From assembly GCF_044704955.1 (NCBI RefSeq), contig NW_027251165.1:620001-684000 (forward strand): a DNA stretch of 64,000 nucleotides. Direction: 5' to 3'. The position numbers and the translations under genes are program-made. Source of the stretch: Pristiophorus japonicus (lineage: Eukaryota). This document shows, piece by piece, positions 24,201 to 35,792 of this stretch (position 1 is its first letter; every line of letters starts with the position of its first letter). The notes under the pieces were generated by a model that did not search any database, was not told the origin of the DNA, and saw nothing but the letters and a program-made list of their open reading frames with translations.

Positions 24201-26432
24201 CTTCGCTTCGGTTGGGGCCAGTTACTGTTCGGTTCAGTTGGGTCTTGGTTCGGCTCGGTCCGGTTGGGGCCCGGTTCGGTAAACTTGGGGCTGGGTTCGG
24301 TTGTTGTTGGGTTCGGTCCGCTTGGGGTCTGGTTTGGTTCGGTTGGGGTCGGTTTCGGTTCGCTTGGGGCTGGCTTCGGTTCGGTTCAGTTCGCTTGGGG
24401 GCAGGTATGGTTTGGTCGGGGCCTGCTTCGCCTCGGTTGGGGACGGGTTACTAGTTCGGCCTGGTTGTGGCCGTTTTAGGTTTGGTAGGGGCCAGTTTCT
24501 GTTTGGTTCATTTGGGGTTGTGTTCGATTATGGCCAGTTTCGATTGGGGCCGGGTTCTGTTGGGGCGCGGTACAGTTCAGTTCGGTTGGGGCCAGTTTCG
24601 ATTGGGGCCGAGTTCGGATCAGTTCATGGCGGGTTCAGTTCGAATCGTTCAATTGGGACCGGGTTATGTTGCGGAATATTTAGTTTGGGTTTTGTTGGGG
24701 CCGGATTCGTTTGGGGCCAGGTTCGATTAATTTCGGGATTTTTTTCGGTTCGGTTGGGTTAAGACCAGGTTCGGTTCAGTTCGGGACTGGTTCGATTAGA
24801 TAAGAGCCGGTTTCGATTAGTGACGATTTCGTTTAAGTTGGATTGAGGACGGGTTCGGTTCAGTTTGGGGTGGGTTCGGTTCGGTTGCTGCAGTTTGCGG
24901 TTCGGTTGTGTAGGATTTGCTTGGAGTCGTTTTCGGTTCGGTTGCGGTCTTGTTCGGTTTTGTACTAGTTCGGTTCAGTTGGGGCCGGATTCGGTTTGTT
25001 TGGGGCCGTGTCTGGTTCAGTTGGGGCCCGGTTCTGTTCGTTTGGGGAGAGATTCGCTATGGGCAGGGTATGGTTCGGTTCGGTTGGAGCTGTTTTTAGT
25101 TGGGTTCTGGCCAGCTTCGTTTCGTTTGGTCCGGGAACCCTTCGGTTGCGGCCGGGTTTGGTTCGGTTGGGTCTAGGTTCGGTAAGGTTGGGGCCGGGTT
25201 ATGTTAGGTTCGGAACGGGTTCTGTTCGATTGGCGCCGGTTCGGTTGGGGAGTGGTTCGGTTCGGTTGGGGCTGGGTTCGGTTCGGCTGGAGCCGGGTTC
25301 GGTCCGGTTGAAGCCGGTTTCGGTTCGGTTGGGTCCAGGTTCAGTTCGGTGGGGACGATTTTGGTTCCGTTGGGCCCTGTTTCAGTACGTTTGGGGCGGG
25401 TTTCAGTTGGGGCTGAGTTCGGTTCGATTAGAGCCGGGTTCTGTTCGGTTGGGGCAAGGTTCGGTTCAGTTGCGACCAGCTTCCATTCAGTTAGGCCTGA
25501 TTTCCGTGCGTTTGAAGACGGGTTCGATTCCTTTTGGATGGAGATGGGATTCGTTCGGTTGGGGCCAGATGTTGTTCGGTTCGGTTGGAGCCGTTTTCCG
25601 TTCGTTTGGGGTCAGGTTCGGTTGAGGACGGATTCGGTTCAGTTGGATTCAGGCCGGGTCCCCGTCTGTTGCGGCACAGTTCAGTTCGGTACGGTTGGGT
25701 CCTGGTTCGGTTCGGTTGTTGCTGGGTTCTTTTCGGTTGGGGCAGGGTTCGGTCATTTGGGGATGAGTTCGCTTGGGGCCGGGTTCAGTTCGCTTGGGGC
25801 ATGGTTCGTTTCGGTTCTGTTGGGGCCGGGTACGGTTCGGTTGCGGCCGGGTGCTGTTTGGGTGGGGACAGTTTCAGTTCGGTTCAGTTGGAGATGTGTT
25901 TGGTTCAGTTAGTTTGGTGCCGCGTTCGGATAGGTCAGGGCCGACTTCGCTTCGGTTGGGTCCAGTTCCTATTCGGCGCACTTGAGGCTGGGTTCAGTAC
26001 GGTTCGGTTCGGGCAGGTTTTGGTAATGGGCTGGGTTCGGTTCGGGCCGGGTTTCGTTCTATTCGGGGCAATTTAAGTTTGGTTCCTTGTGTTGGGGTCG
26101 GGTTCTGTTGGGGAAAGGTTCTATTCGGTATTGTTGGGGTCGGGTTCGTTTGGAGCCTAGTTCGGTTCGGTTGGCGGTGAATTCGGTTCGTTCAGTTGAG
26201 GTCAGTTTCGGTTTGGTGGGGCTGGGTTTGGTTCGCTTAGGACCTGGTACGGGTGGAACTTGATCGGACGGTTGGTGCCAGGTTCAGTTCCCTTTCGGAC
26301 GGGTTTGGTTCAGTTGGAGCCGGCTTTGGTTTGGTTGCAGCTGTGTTTGTTTGGGCCCCGGTTCGGAACAGTTGATGCCGGGTTTGGTTCAGTTGCGACC
26401 ATGTTCGCGTCGGTTGGGGACAGGTTCTGTTC

Positions 26433-28471
26433 ATAGAACATAAGAACATAAAAATTAGGATAAGGAGTAGGCCTCTATCCCATCGAGCTAGCTCCGCCAT
26501 TCAACAAGTTCATGGCTGATCTGGCCGTGGACTCAGCTCCACTTACCCACCCGCTCATCAAACCCTTAATTCCCTCATTGTTTAAAAATCTATCTATCTG
26601 TGACTTGTATACATTCAATGAGCTAGCTTCAGCTGCTTCCTTGGGCAGAGAATTCCACAGGTTCGCAACACTCTGGGAGAAGAAATTCCTTCTCAATTCG
26701 GGTTTAAACTGGCTCCCCCGTATTTTGAGGCTGTGCCCCCTAGTTCCAGTATCCCCGACCAGTGGAAACAACCTCTCTGCATCTATCTTGTCTATCCCTT
26801 TCATTATTTTAAATGTTTCTATAAGATCATCCCACATCCTTCTGAACTCCAACGAGTAAAGACCCAGTCTACTCAATCTATCATCATAAGGTAACCCCCT
26901 CATCTCCGGAATCAGCCTAGTGAATCGCTCTATACCCCCTCCTTGCCAGTATATCCTTCCTTAAGTAAGGTGACCAAAACTGCACGCAGTACTCCAGGTA
27001 CGGCCTCACCAATACCCTGTACAGTGGCAGAAGGACATCCCTGTTTTTGTACTCCATCCCTCTCGCAATAAAGGGCAACATTCCATTCGAATTCCTGATG
27101 ACCTGTTGCACCTGGAAACTAACTTTTTGGGATTCACGTACAAGGACACACAGATCCCTCTGCACCGCAGCATGTTGTAATTTCTCCCCATTCAAATAAT
27201 ATTCCATTTTCCTGTTTTTTTTTCCAAGTTGGATGAACTCACACTTTGCGACATTGTAATCCATCTGCCAAACCTTAGCCCATTTGCTTATCCTATCTAA
27301 ATATCTTTGCAGCCTCTCTGTGTTCTCTACACACCCCGATTTACCACTAATCTTTGTATTATCTGCAAATTTTGTTACACTATACTCTGTCCACTCTTCC
27401 AGGTCATCTATGTATATTGTAAATAGGTGTAGTCCCAGCACCGATCCCTGTGGCACGCCACTCACCACCGATTTCCAACCCGAAAAGGAACCATTTTACC
27501 AACTCTCTGCTTTCTGTCAGCCAAACAATTCTCGATCCATGCGAATACATTTCCACTGACTCCGCGTACCTTTATCTTCTGCAGTTACCTTTTGTGTGGC
27601 ACCTTATCGAATGCCTTTTGAAAATCTAAATGCACCACATCCATCGGTACACCTCGATCTACCATGCTCGTTATATTCTCAAATAATTCCAGTAAATTAG
27701 TTAAACATGATTTCCACTTCATGAATCCATGCTGCGTCTGCTTGATTGCAATATTCCGCTCTATATCGCCCGCTATTTCTTCCTTAATGATAGTTTCAAG
27801 CATTTACCCCACTCCAGATGTTAAACTAACCGGCCTATAGTTACCTGACTTTTGTCTGCGCCATTGTTTAAACAGAGGCGTTACATTAGCTGCTTTCCAA
27901 TCCGCTGGTACCTCCTCAGAGACCAGAGAATTTTGGTAGATTGTAAGTAATGCATCTGCTCTAACTTCTACCATCTCTTTTAATACCCTGGGATGCATTT
28001 CATCAGGACCAGGGGACTTGTCTACCTTGAGTCCCATTCGCCTGTCCAGAACTACCCCCCTAGTAATATCAATGTCTCAAGGTTCTCCCTTCCTACATTC
28101 CTGTGACCAGCAATTTCTGGCATGGTTTCTCTGTCTTCCACTGTGAAGACCGAAGCGAAATAATTGTTTAATGTCTCAGCCATTTCCACATTTCCCATTA
28201 TGAAATTCCCCTTCTTATCTTCTTAGGGACCAACATTTACTTTACTCACTCTTTTCCGTTTTATACATCTGTAAAATCTTTTACTATCCGTTGTTATGTT
28301 TTGCGCAAGTTTACCTTTGTCATCTATCTTTTCTTTCTTTATTGTTTTCTTAATCATTCTTTGCTGTCGTTTAATATTTTCACAATCTTCTATTTTCCCA
28401 CTAACCTTGGCCAACTTATGCGCATTGGTTTTTAATTTGATACTCTCCTTTATTTCCTTATTTATCCATGG
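26433..28471 (-). mobile_element. CR1-clade LINE copy 1, 5'-truncated, degenerate ORF2 (RT)
   Basis: Minus-strand ORF2 fragments ([66 protein letters not shown]); 3' tail (TTCTTATG)n at 26433-26450; TSD CTGTTC at 26427-26432 and 28472-28477. Confidence 0.96.
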
Positions 28472-31400
28472 CTGTTCGATTGGGGTCATGTTCAGTTCGC
28501 TTACTGCGAGGTTCGGTTTCGTTCGGGAGAGGATTGGTCTGGTAGGGGTAGGGTTCCGTTGGGGACGGATTCGATGCGGTTGGGGCCAAGTTCACTTAGG
28601 TTGACGCCGGTTTGGTTCGTTTGGGGCCGGATTCGGTTCGGTTGAGGCAGTGTTCGGTTGGGGCCGGGTTTGTTTAAGTTGGGGCCGGGTTTGGTTCGGT
28701 TGGGGCCTGGTTTGTTTCGATTGGGACAGGATTCGGATCGGTTGTGGCCGGGTTCTGATCGGTTCGTGCCTGGTTCTGTTCGGTTCGGGCAGTGTTCTGT
28801 TCGGTTATCGCCGGGTTCTGTTGGGGAGGAGTTCGGTAGAGTCCGGTTCGGTTGGGGCGAGGTTCGGTTGCGATTGGGTTCGGTTCGTTTGCTGCTGGGT
28901 TCAGTGTGTGCCGGGTTCTGTTCAGCTAGGTTTGGGCCAGGTTCTGTTCAATTGGGGCCGGGTTCGATTCAGTTTGGGACGAATTCGTTTTGGTTGGCTC
29001 CGGCTTCGGCTCGGTTGGCGCCGGGTTCGCTTCGGCTGGAGCCGGTTCGGTCCGGTTGAAGCCGGTTTCCGTTTGGCTGGGTCTAGGTTCAGTTCGATGG
29101 GGAAGATTGTGGTTCGTTTGGGGCCTGTTTCGCTTCGTTTGGGGAGGGTTTCGTTTGGGGCTAGGTTCGGTTCGGTTCGGACCGGGTTCGGTTCGGTTGG
29201 GGCAGGGTTCGGTTCCGTTGCGACCAGGTCCGATTCAGTTGGGTCCGATTTCGGTTCGGTTGAGGACGGGTTCGATTCCGTTTGGTTGGAGATGGGATTC
29301 GTTCGTTTGGGGTCAGATGTTTTTCGGTTCGGTTGAGGGCTGTTTCTGCTCGTTTGGAGCCGGGTTCATTTTGCGACCGGATCGGTTTATTGGGTTCAGG
29401 TCGGGTTCGATTCATTTGTTGGCGGTTCATTTCGGTTGGGGACCGGTTCGGTTCGGTTTGTGCTGGGTTCGCTTCGCTTGGTGCCGGGTTCGGTTCTGTT
29501 GTTGCTGGGTTCGTTTCGGTTGGGGCCGGGTTCGCTTCGGTTTGGGCCGCGTTCAGGTCGGTTGGAGCTGGCTTCGGTTCGGTTCAGTCGTGGACGGTTT
29601 CGGTTCTGTTCACTTGGGTTTGGTCGGGGCCGGCTTCGCATCGGTTGTGACCAGTTTCTGTTCGGTTCAGTTGGTTCTGGAATTGGTTCGGTTCGGTTGG
29701 GGCCGAGTTCGGTACATTTGGAGCTGGGTTCGCTTCGGTTGGGGAAAGTTTCAGGTGGGACCGGGATGGGTTCGGTCCGGGTTCGGTTCAGTTGTGGCCG
29801 GGTTTGTTTCGGTTGGTGCAATTAAGGTTCATTTCGGCACGGGTTCAGTTCGGTTCGTTGGATTGGGGCAGGAATCTGTTGGGGAAAGTTTTGTTTCGGT
29901 ATTATTGGGGCCGGGTTCGGTTGGGGCCTGGTTCGTTTCAGTTCTGGATGGGTTCGGATCGGTTGGGTTGTGGCCGGGTTCAGTTCGGTTGAGGCCGAGT
30001 TCTGTTAGGGAAGAGTTCGGTTGGGACTGTGTTCAGTTGGGGACGGGTTCGTTGCAGACGGTTTCGAATCGGTTGGGCCGGGTTCGGTTCGGTTCGGTTG
30101 GGGCTGGTTTGGGTTCGTTCGGTTGGGGCCAGGTTCGGTTCGGTTGGGGCTGGGTTTGGTTCAGTTGTGGCCGGTTCGTTTGGGACTGGGTTTGGTGCGG
30201 TTGGTGGCAAGTTCGGTTCATTTCCAGACATCTTCGGTTCGTTTGGGGCTGGATTCTGTTAGGTGCGGGTTCGGTTCATTTGGGTTGGAACCGAGTTCGG
30301 ATCAGTTCGGGGTGCGTTCGATTCTGTTGGTGCCGTGTTCAATTGGGGACAGATTCGTTGGGAACGGGTTCGGTTCTATTCGGTTGTGTCCGGGTTCGAT
30401 TCGGTTCGGATGGCATTCAGTTCGGTTCGATTCGGCTGTGGCCTGGTTTGGTCCGGTTGGGGCCGGATTCGGTTCGGTTGGGGACGAGTTTGTTTTGGTT
30501 GGGTCCGGCTTCGGTAAGGTTGGGGCCTGCTCCGGTTCGGTTGGGGCCGGGTTCGTTTCGGTTGGGGCCGGGTTCGTTTCGATTGGATCCGGGTTCGGTT
30601 CTTTTGGGGCCCGATTCGCATCGGTTGGGGCCGAGGTTGGTCCAGTTTGGGCCGGGTTCTGTTCGGTTGGGACCGGGTTCGGTTCAGGTCGCTTAGATCT
30701 GGATTCAGTTTGGATGGGGCCGCCGTTGATTCGGGGCCAGTTTCGATTCGGTTCAGTTGGGGCCGGTTTCGGTTTAGATCAGTTGACTCCGTTTTCTGTA
30801 CGGTTTATCCTGGGTTCTTATCCTTTCAGTTAGGGCTGGGTTCAGTTCGGTTGGGTCCGGGTTCGTTTCGGTTGGGGCCGGATACTCTTCGGTTGGGGCC
30901 GGGTTCTGTTCGGTTGTGGCCGTTCTCGGTTCGGTTGGGACATGGCTCGTTTCGGTTGGGCGGGGTTCGGTTCGGTTGAGGCCGGGTTCGGTCCGGTTGT
31001 GGCCGGGATCTGATCGGTTGGGAGCAGGTTGTGTTCAGTGGGGACAAGTTTGTTTCGGTTGGGCTTGGCTCCATTCGTTTGGGGGGGAGTCCGTTTGGGG
31101 CTGGGTTTGGTTCGCTTGGGGACGGTTCGGTTCGGTCGTGGCCGGGTTCGGTTCATTTGGGACCAGGTACAGTTGGTGGACGGGTTCGGATCAGTTGGGT
31201 TCAGGCCGGGTCAGGTTCTGTTGCGGCACAGTTCAGTTCGGTTATGGTTGGGCCCTGGTTCGGTTCGGTTGTTGCTGGGTTATTTTCGGTTGGGGCCGGG
31301 TCCGGTACATTTGGAGACGAGTTCGGTTGGAGCCGGGTTCGGTGCTGTTGGGGCAGGGTTCGTTTCGGTTCAGTTGGGGCCGGGTACGGTTCGGTTGGGG

Positions 31401-31981
31401 CCGGCTGCTTTTCGGTTGGTGACAGTTTCTTTTCGGTTCAGTTGGAGATGTGTTCAGTTCAGTTCGTTTGGGGCCGTGTTCGGTTTGGTCATGGCCGACA
31501 TCGCTTCGGTTGTGTCCAGATTCTTTTCGGCTCAGTTGAGGCTGGGTTCAGTTCGGTTCGGTTGGAGCAGGTTTATGTAGGGGGCCGGGTTCGTTTCGGG
31601 CCGGGTTTGGTTCTGTTCGGGGCAAGTTCAGTTTGGTTCTTTGTGTTGGGGCCGGGTTCTGTTGAGGAAAGTTACAATTCTTTATTGTTGGGGCCGGGTT
31701 CGTTTGGATCCGGGTTCGGTTCGGTCGGCGCTCAGTTCGCTTCGTTCGGTTAAGGTCAGTTCCGGTTTGGTTGGGGCTGGGTTTGGTTCGCTTGGTTCGG
31801 GTAGGACTTAATCAGTACGGTTGGTGCCAGGTTCAGTTAACTTTCGGACGGATTTGGTTCAGTTCGAGCCGGCTTTGGTTTGGTTGCAGCCGTGTTTGAT
31901 TGGGCACCGGTTCGGTTCAGTTGAGGCCGTGTTTCGTTCAGTTGCGACCATGTTCGCTTAGATTGGGGCCAGGTTCTGTTC
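28472..31981 (+). repeat. Satellite 1, block B
   Basis: Same pentamer satellite, lying between CR1 copies 1 and 2. Confidence 0.95.
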
Positions 31982-33809
31982 ATAGAACATAAGAACTTAA
32001 GAATTAGGAACAGGAGTAGGCCTCTAGCCTCTCGAGCTTTCTCCGCCATTCAACAAGATCATGGCTGATCTGGCCGTGGACTCAGCTCCACGTACCCACC
32101 CGCTCATAAAATTCTTAATTCCCTAATTGGTTAAAAATCTATCTATCTCTGACTTGAATACATTCAATGAGCTAGCCTCAACTGCTTCCTTGGGTAGAGA
32201 ATTCAACAGATTCACAACCCTCTGGGAGAAGAAATTCCTTCTCAACTCGGGTTTAAATTGGCTCCCCCGTATTTTGAGGCTGTGCCCCCTAGTTCTAGTG
32301 TCCCTGACCAGTGGAAACAACCTCTTTGCATCTATCTTGTCTATCCCTTTCATTATTTTAAATGTTTCTGCAAGATCACCCCACATACTTCTGAACTCCA
32401 ACGAGTAAAAACCCAGTCTACTCAATCTATCATCATAAGGTAACCCCCTCATCTCAGGATTCTGCCTAGTGAATCGTCTCTGTGCCCCCTCCAAAGCCAA
32501 TATATCCTTCTTTAAGTAAGGTCACCAAAACTGCACGCAGTACTCCAGGTGCGGCCTCAGCAATACCCTGTACAGTTGCAGAAGGGCATCCCTGCTTTCG
32601 TACTCCATCCCTCTCGCAATGAAGGCCAACATTCCATTCGCCTTACTGATTACCTGTTGCACCTGCAAACTAACTTTTTGGGATTCATGCACAAGGACCC
32701 ACAGGTCCCCGTGCACCGTTGCATGTTGTAATTTCTCCCCATTCAAATAATATTCTCCTTCACTGTTTATTTTCCCAAGGTGGATGACCTCACACTTTCC
32801 GACATTGTATTCCATCTGACAAACCTTAGCCCATTCGCTTAACCTATCGAAATCTCTTTGCAGACTATCTGTGTCCTCTGCACAACCGGATTTCCCAGTA
32901 ATCTTTGTATCATCTGCAAATTTTGTTACACCATACTCTGTCCACTCTTCCAGGTCATCTATGCATATTGTAAATAGTTGTGGTCCCAGCACCGATCCGT
33001 GTGGCACACCACTCACCACCGATTTCCAACCCGAAAAGGACCTATTTACCCTGACACTCTGCTTTCTGTTAGCCAGCCAATTCTCTATCCCTGCTAATAC
33101 ATTTCCACTTACTCTGCCTACCTTATCTTCTGCAGTAACCTTTTGTGTGGCACCTTATCGAATGCCTTTTGAAAATCTAAATACACCACATCTATCGGTC
33201 CACCTCTATCCACCATTCTCGTTATATCCTCAAATAATTCCAGTAAATTAGTTAAACATGATTTCCACTTCATGAATCCATGCTGCGTCTGCTTGATTGC
33301 AATATTCCGATCTACATGTCCCGCTATTTCTTCCTTGATGATAGTTTCACGCATTTACCCCACTCCAGATGTTAAAATGACCGGCCTATAGTTACCTGAC
33401 TTTTGTCTGCGCCCTTTTTTAAACAGAGGCGTTACATTAGCTGCTTTCCAATCCGCTGGCACCTCCCCAGAATCCAGATAATTTTAATAGATTGTACCTA
33501 ATATCTGCTCTAACTTGAGCCATCTCTTTTAATACCCTGGGATGCATTTCCTCAGGACCAGGGGACTTGTCTACCTTGAGTCCCATTCGCCTGTCCAGCA
33601 CTACCCCCACTAGTGATAGTGAATGTCTCAAGGTCCTCCCTCCCCACATTCCTGTGACCAGAAATTTCTGGCATGATTTCTCTGTCTTCCACTGTGAAGA
33701 CCGAAGTAAAATAATTGTTTAATGTCTCAGCCATTTCCACATTTCCCATTATTAAATTCCCCTTCTTCTCTCTCTAAGGCACCAACATTTACTTTACTCA
33801 CTCTTTTCC

Positions 33810-35490
33810 CTGCAGTCAGAATCAGGGGAAGTCATAACGGGGAAGAAAGAAATGGCGCACAAATTGAACAAGTGCTTTGTTTCGGTATTCACTGAGGAGG
33901 AGACAAACAACCTTCCGGATATAAAAGGGGTCGGAGGGTCTAGTAAGGAGGAGGAACTGAAGGAAATTGTGTGGGGGAAACTGATGGGATTGATGGCCGA
34001 TAAATCCCCAGGGCCTGAAGGACTGCGTCCCAGAGTACTTAAGGAAGTGGGCTTGGAAATAGTGGATGCATTAACAGTCATTTTCCAACATTCCATTGAC
34101 TCTGGATCAGTTCCTATGGAGTGGAGTGTAGCTAATGTAACCGCACTTTTTAAAAAAGGAGGGAGAGAGAAAACAGGGAATTATAGACCGGTCAGCCTGA
34201 CATCGGATGTGGGTAAAATGATGGAATCAATTATTAAGGAAGTCATAGCAGTGCATTTGGAAATAGGTGATATGATAGGTCCAAATCAGCATGGATTTGT
34301 GAAAGGGAAATCATGCTTGACAAATCTTCTGGAATTTTTTGAGGATGTTTCCAATAGAGTGGACAAGGGAGAACAAGTTGATGTGGTATATTTGGACTTT
34401 CAAAAGGCTTTCGAAAAGGTCCCACACAAGAGATTAATGTGCAAAGTTAAAGCACATGGATTGGGAGTAGTGTGCTGACAGGGATTGAGAACTGGTTGTC
34501 AGACAGGAAGCAAAGAGTAGGAGTAAATGGGGACTTTTCAGAATGGCAGGCAGTGACTAGTGGGGTACCGCAAGGTTCTGTGCTGGGGCCCCAGCTGTTT
34601 ACACTGTACATTAATGATTTAGACGAGGGGATTAAATGTAGTATCTCCAAATTTGCAGATGACACGAAGTTGGGTGGCAGTGTGAGCTGCGAGGAGGATG
34701 CTATGAGGCTGCAGAGTGATTGGATAGGTTAGGTGCGTGGGCAAATGCATGCCAGATGAAGTATAATGTGGATAATTGTGAGGTTATCCACTTTGGTGGT
34801 AAAAACAGAGAAAGAGACTATTATCTGAATGGTGACATATTCGGAAAAGGGGAGGTACAAAGAGACCTGGGTGTCATGGTACATCAGTCATTGAAGTTTG
34901 GCATGCAGGTACAGCAGACGGTTAAGAAAGCAAATGGCATGTTGGCCTTCATAGTGAGGGGATTTGAGTACAGGGGCAGGGAGGTGTTGCTACAGTTGTA
35001 CAGGTCCTTGGTGAGGCCACACCTGGAGTATTGTGTCCAGTTTTGGTCTCCTAACTTGAGGAAGGACATTCTTGCTATTGAGGGAGTGCAGCGAAGGTTC
35101 ACCAGAGTGATTCCCGTGATGGCGGGACTGACCTATCAAGAAAGACTGGATCAGCCGGGCTTGTATTCACTGGAGTTCAGAAGAATGAGAGGGGACCTCA
35201 TCAAAACGTTTAAAATTCTGATGGGGTTGGACAGGTTAGATGCAGGAAGAATGTTCCCAATGTTGGGGAAGTCCAGAACCAGGGGACACAGTCTAAGGAT
35301 AACGGGTGAGACATTTAGGACCGAGATGAGGAGGAATTTCTTCACCCAGAGAGTGGTGAACCTGTGGAATTCTCTACCACAGAAAGTTGTTGAGGCCAGT
35401 TCACTGAATATATTCAAAAAGGAGTTAGATGAAGTCCTTACTACTAGGGGAATCAAGGCGTATGGTGAGAAAGCAGGAATGGGGTACTGA
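33810..35490 (+). pseudogene. CR1 ORF2 reverse-transcriptase/C-terminal domain pseudogene (2 frameshifts, no endonuclease domain)
   Basis: [47 protein letters not shown] and RPHLEYCVQFWSP are spread over three overlapping ORFs. Confidence 0.92.
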
Positions 35491-35575
35491 AGTTCAGCCA
35501 TGAACTCATTGAATGGCGGTGCAGGCTAGAAGGGCCGAATGGTCTACTTCTGCACCTATTTTCTATGTTTCTATG
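33810..35575 (+). mobile_element. Nested CR1 LINE of a different subfamily, 5'-truncated
   Basis: Plus-strand ORF2 pieces 33852-34478, 34472-34732 and 34720-35490; tail (TTTCTATG)n at ~35559-35579; TSD TTTCC at 33805-33809 and 35576-35580; the host CR1 sequence resumes exactly afterwards. Confidence 0.95.
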
Positions 35576-35792
35576 TTTCCGTTTTATATATCTGTAACAG
35601 CTTTTACGATCCAATTTTATGTTTTGCGCAAGTTTACCATTGTAATCTATCTTTCCTTTCTTTATTGCTTTCATAGTCATTCTTTGCTGTCGTTTAAATG
35701 TTCACAATCTTCTATTTTCCCACTAACCTTAGCCAACTTATACGCATTGGTTTTAATTTGATACTCTCCTTTATTTCCTTATTTATCCACGG

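Larger units (their letters stand above)
1..26432 (+). repeat. Satellite 1, block A: degenerate pentamer-based satellite (GGTTC, GGTTG, GGGCC; common 20-mer GGTTCGGTTCGGTTGGGGCC)
   Basis: Continuous G/T-rich pentamer periodicity from the window start to the first CR1 tail; A is very scarce on the + strand; the two length differences I measured (25 bp, 115 bp) are multiples of 5. Confidence 0.97.
31982..35792 (-). mobile_element. CR1 LINE copy 2 (duplicate of copy 1), split into 31982-33809 and 35576-35792 by a nested CR1
   Basis: Same 3' junction (CTGTTC|ATAGAACATAAGAA), same 5' truncation (QPWINKEIKES) and same TSD CTGTTC (31976-31981, 35793-35798) as copy 1; RT motifs SGVPHGSVLGP and FADDTK. 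Confidence 0.95.

Noticed and set aside
25521-29279. Pol III B-box matches GGTTCGATTCC (25521, 29269) suggesting tRNA or SINE
   Set aside because: One substitution in the GGTTC satellite creates them; no A-box, cloverleaf or terminator is present.
33852-35490. Active reverse transcriptase serving as the LTR element's missing pol
   Set aside because: These are 5'-truncated, frameshifted non-LTR CR1 ORF2 fragments; that class of RT does not mobilise tRNA-primed LTR elements.
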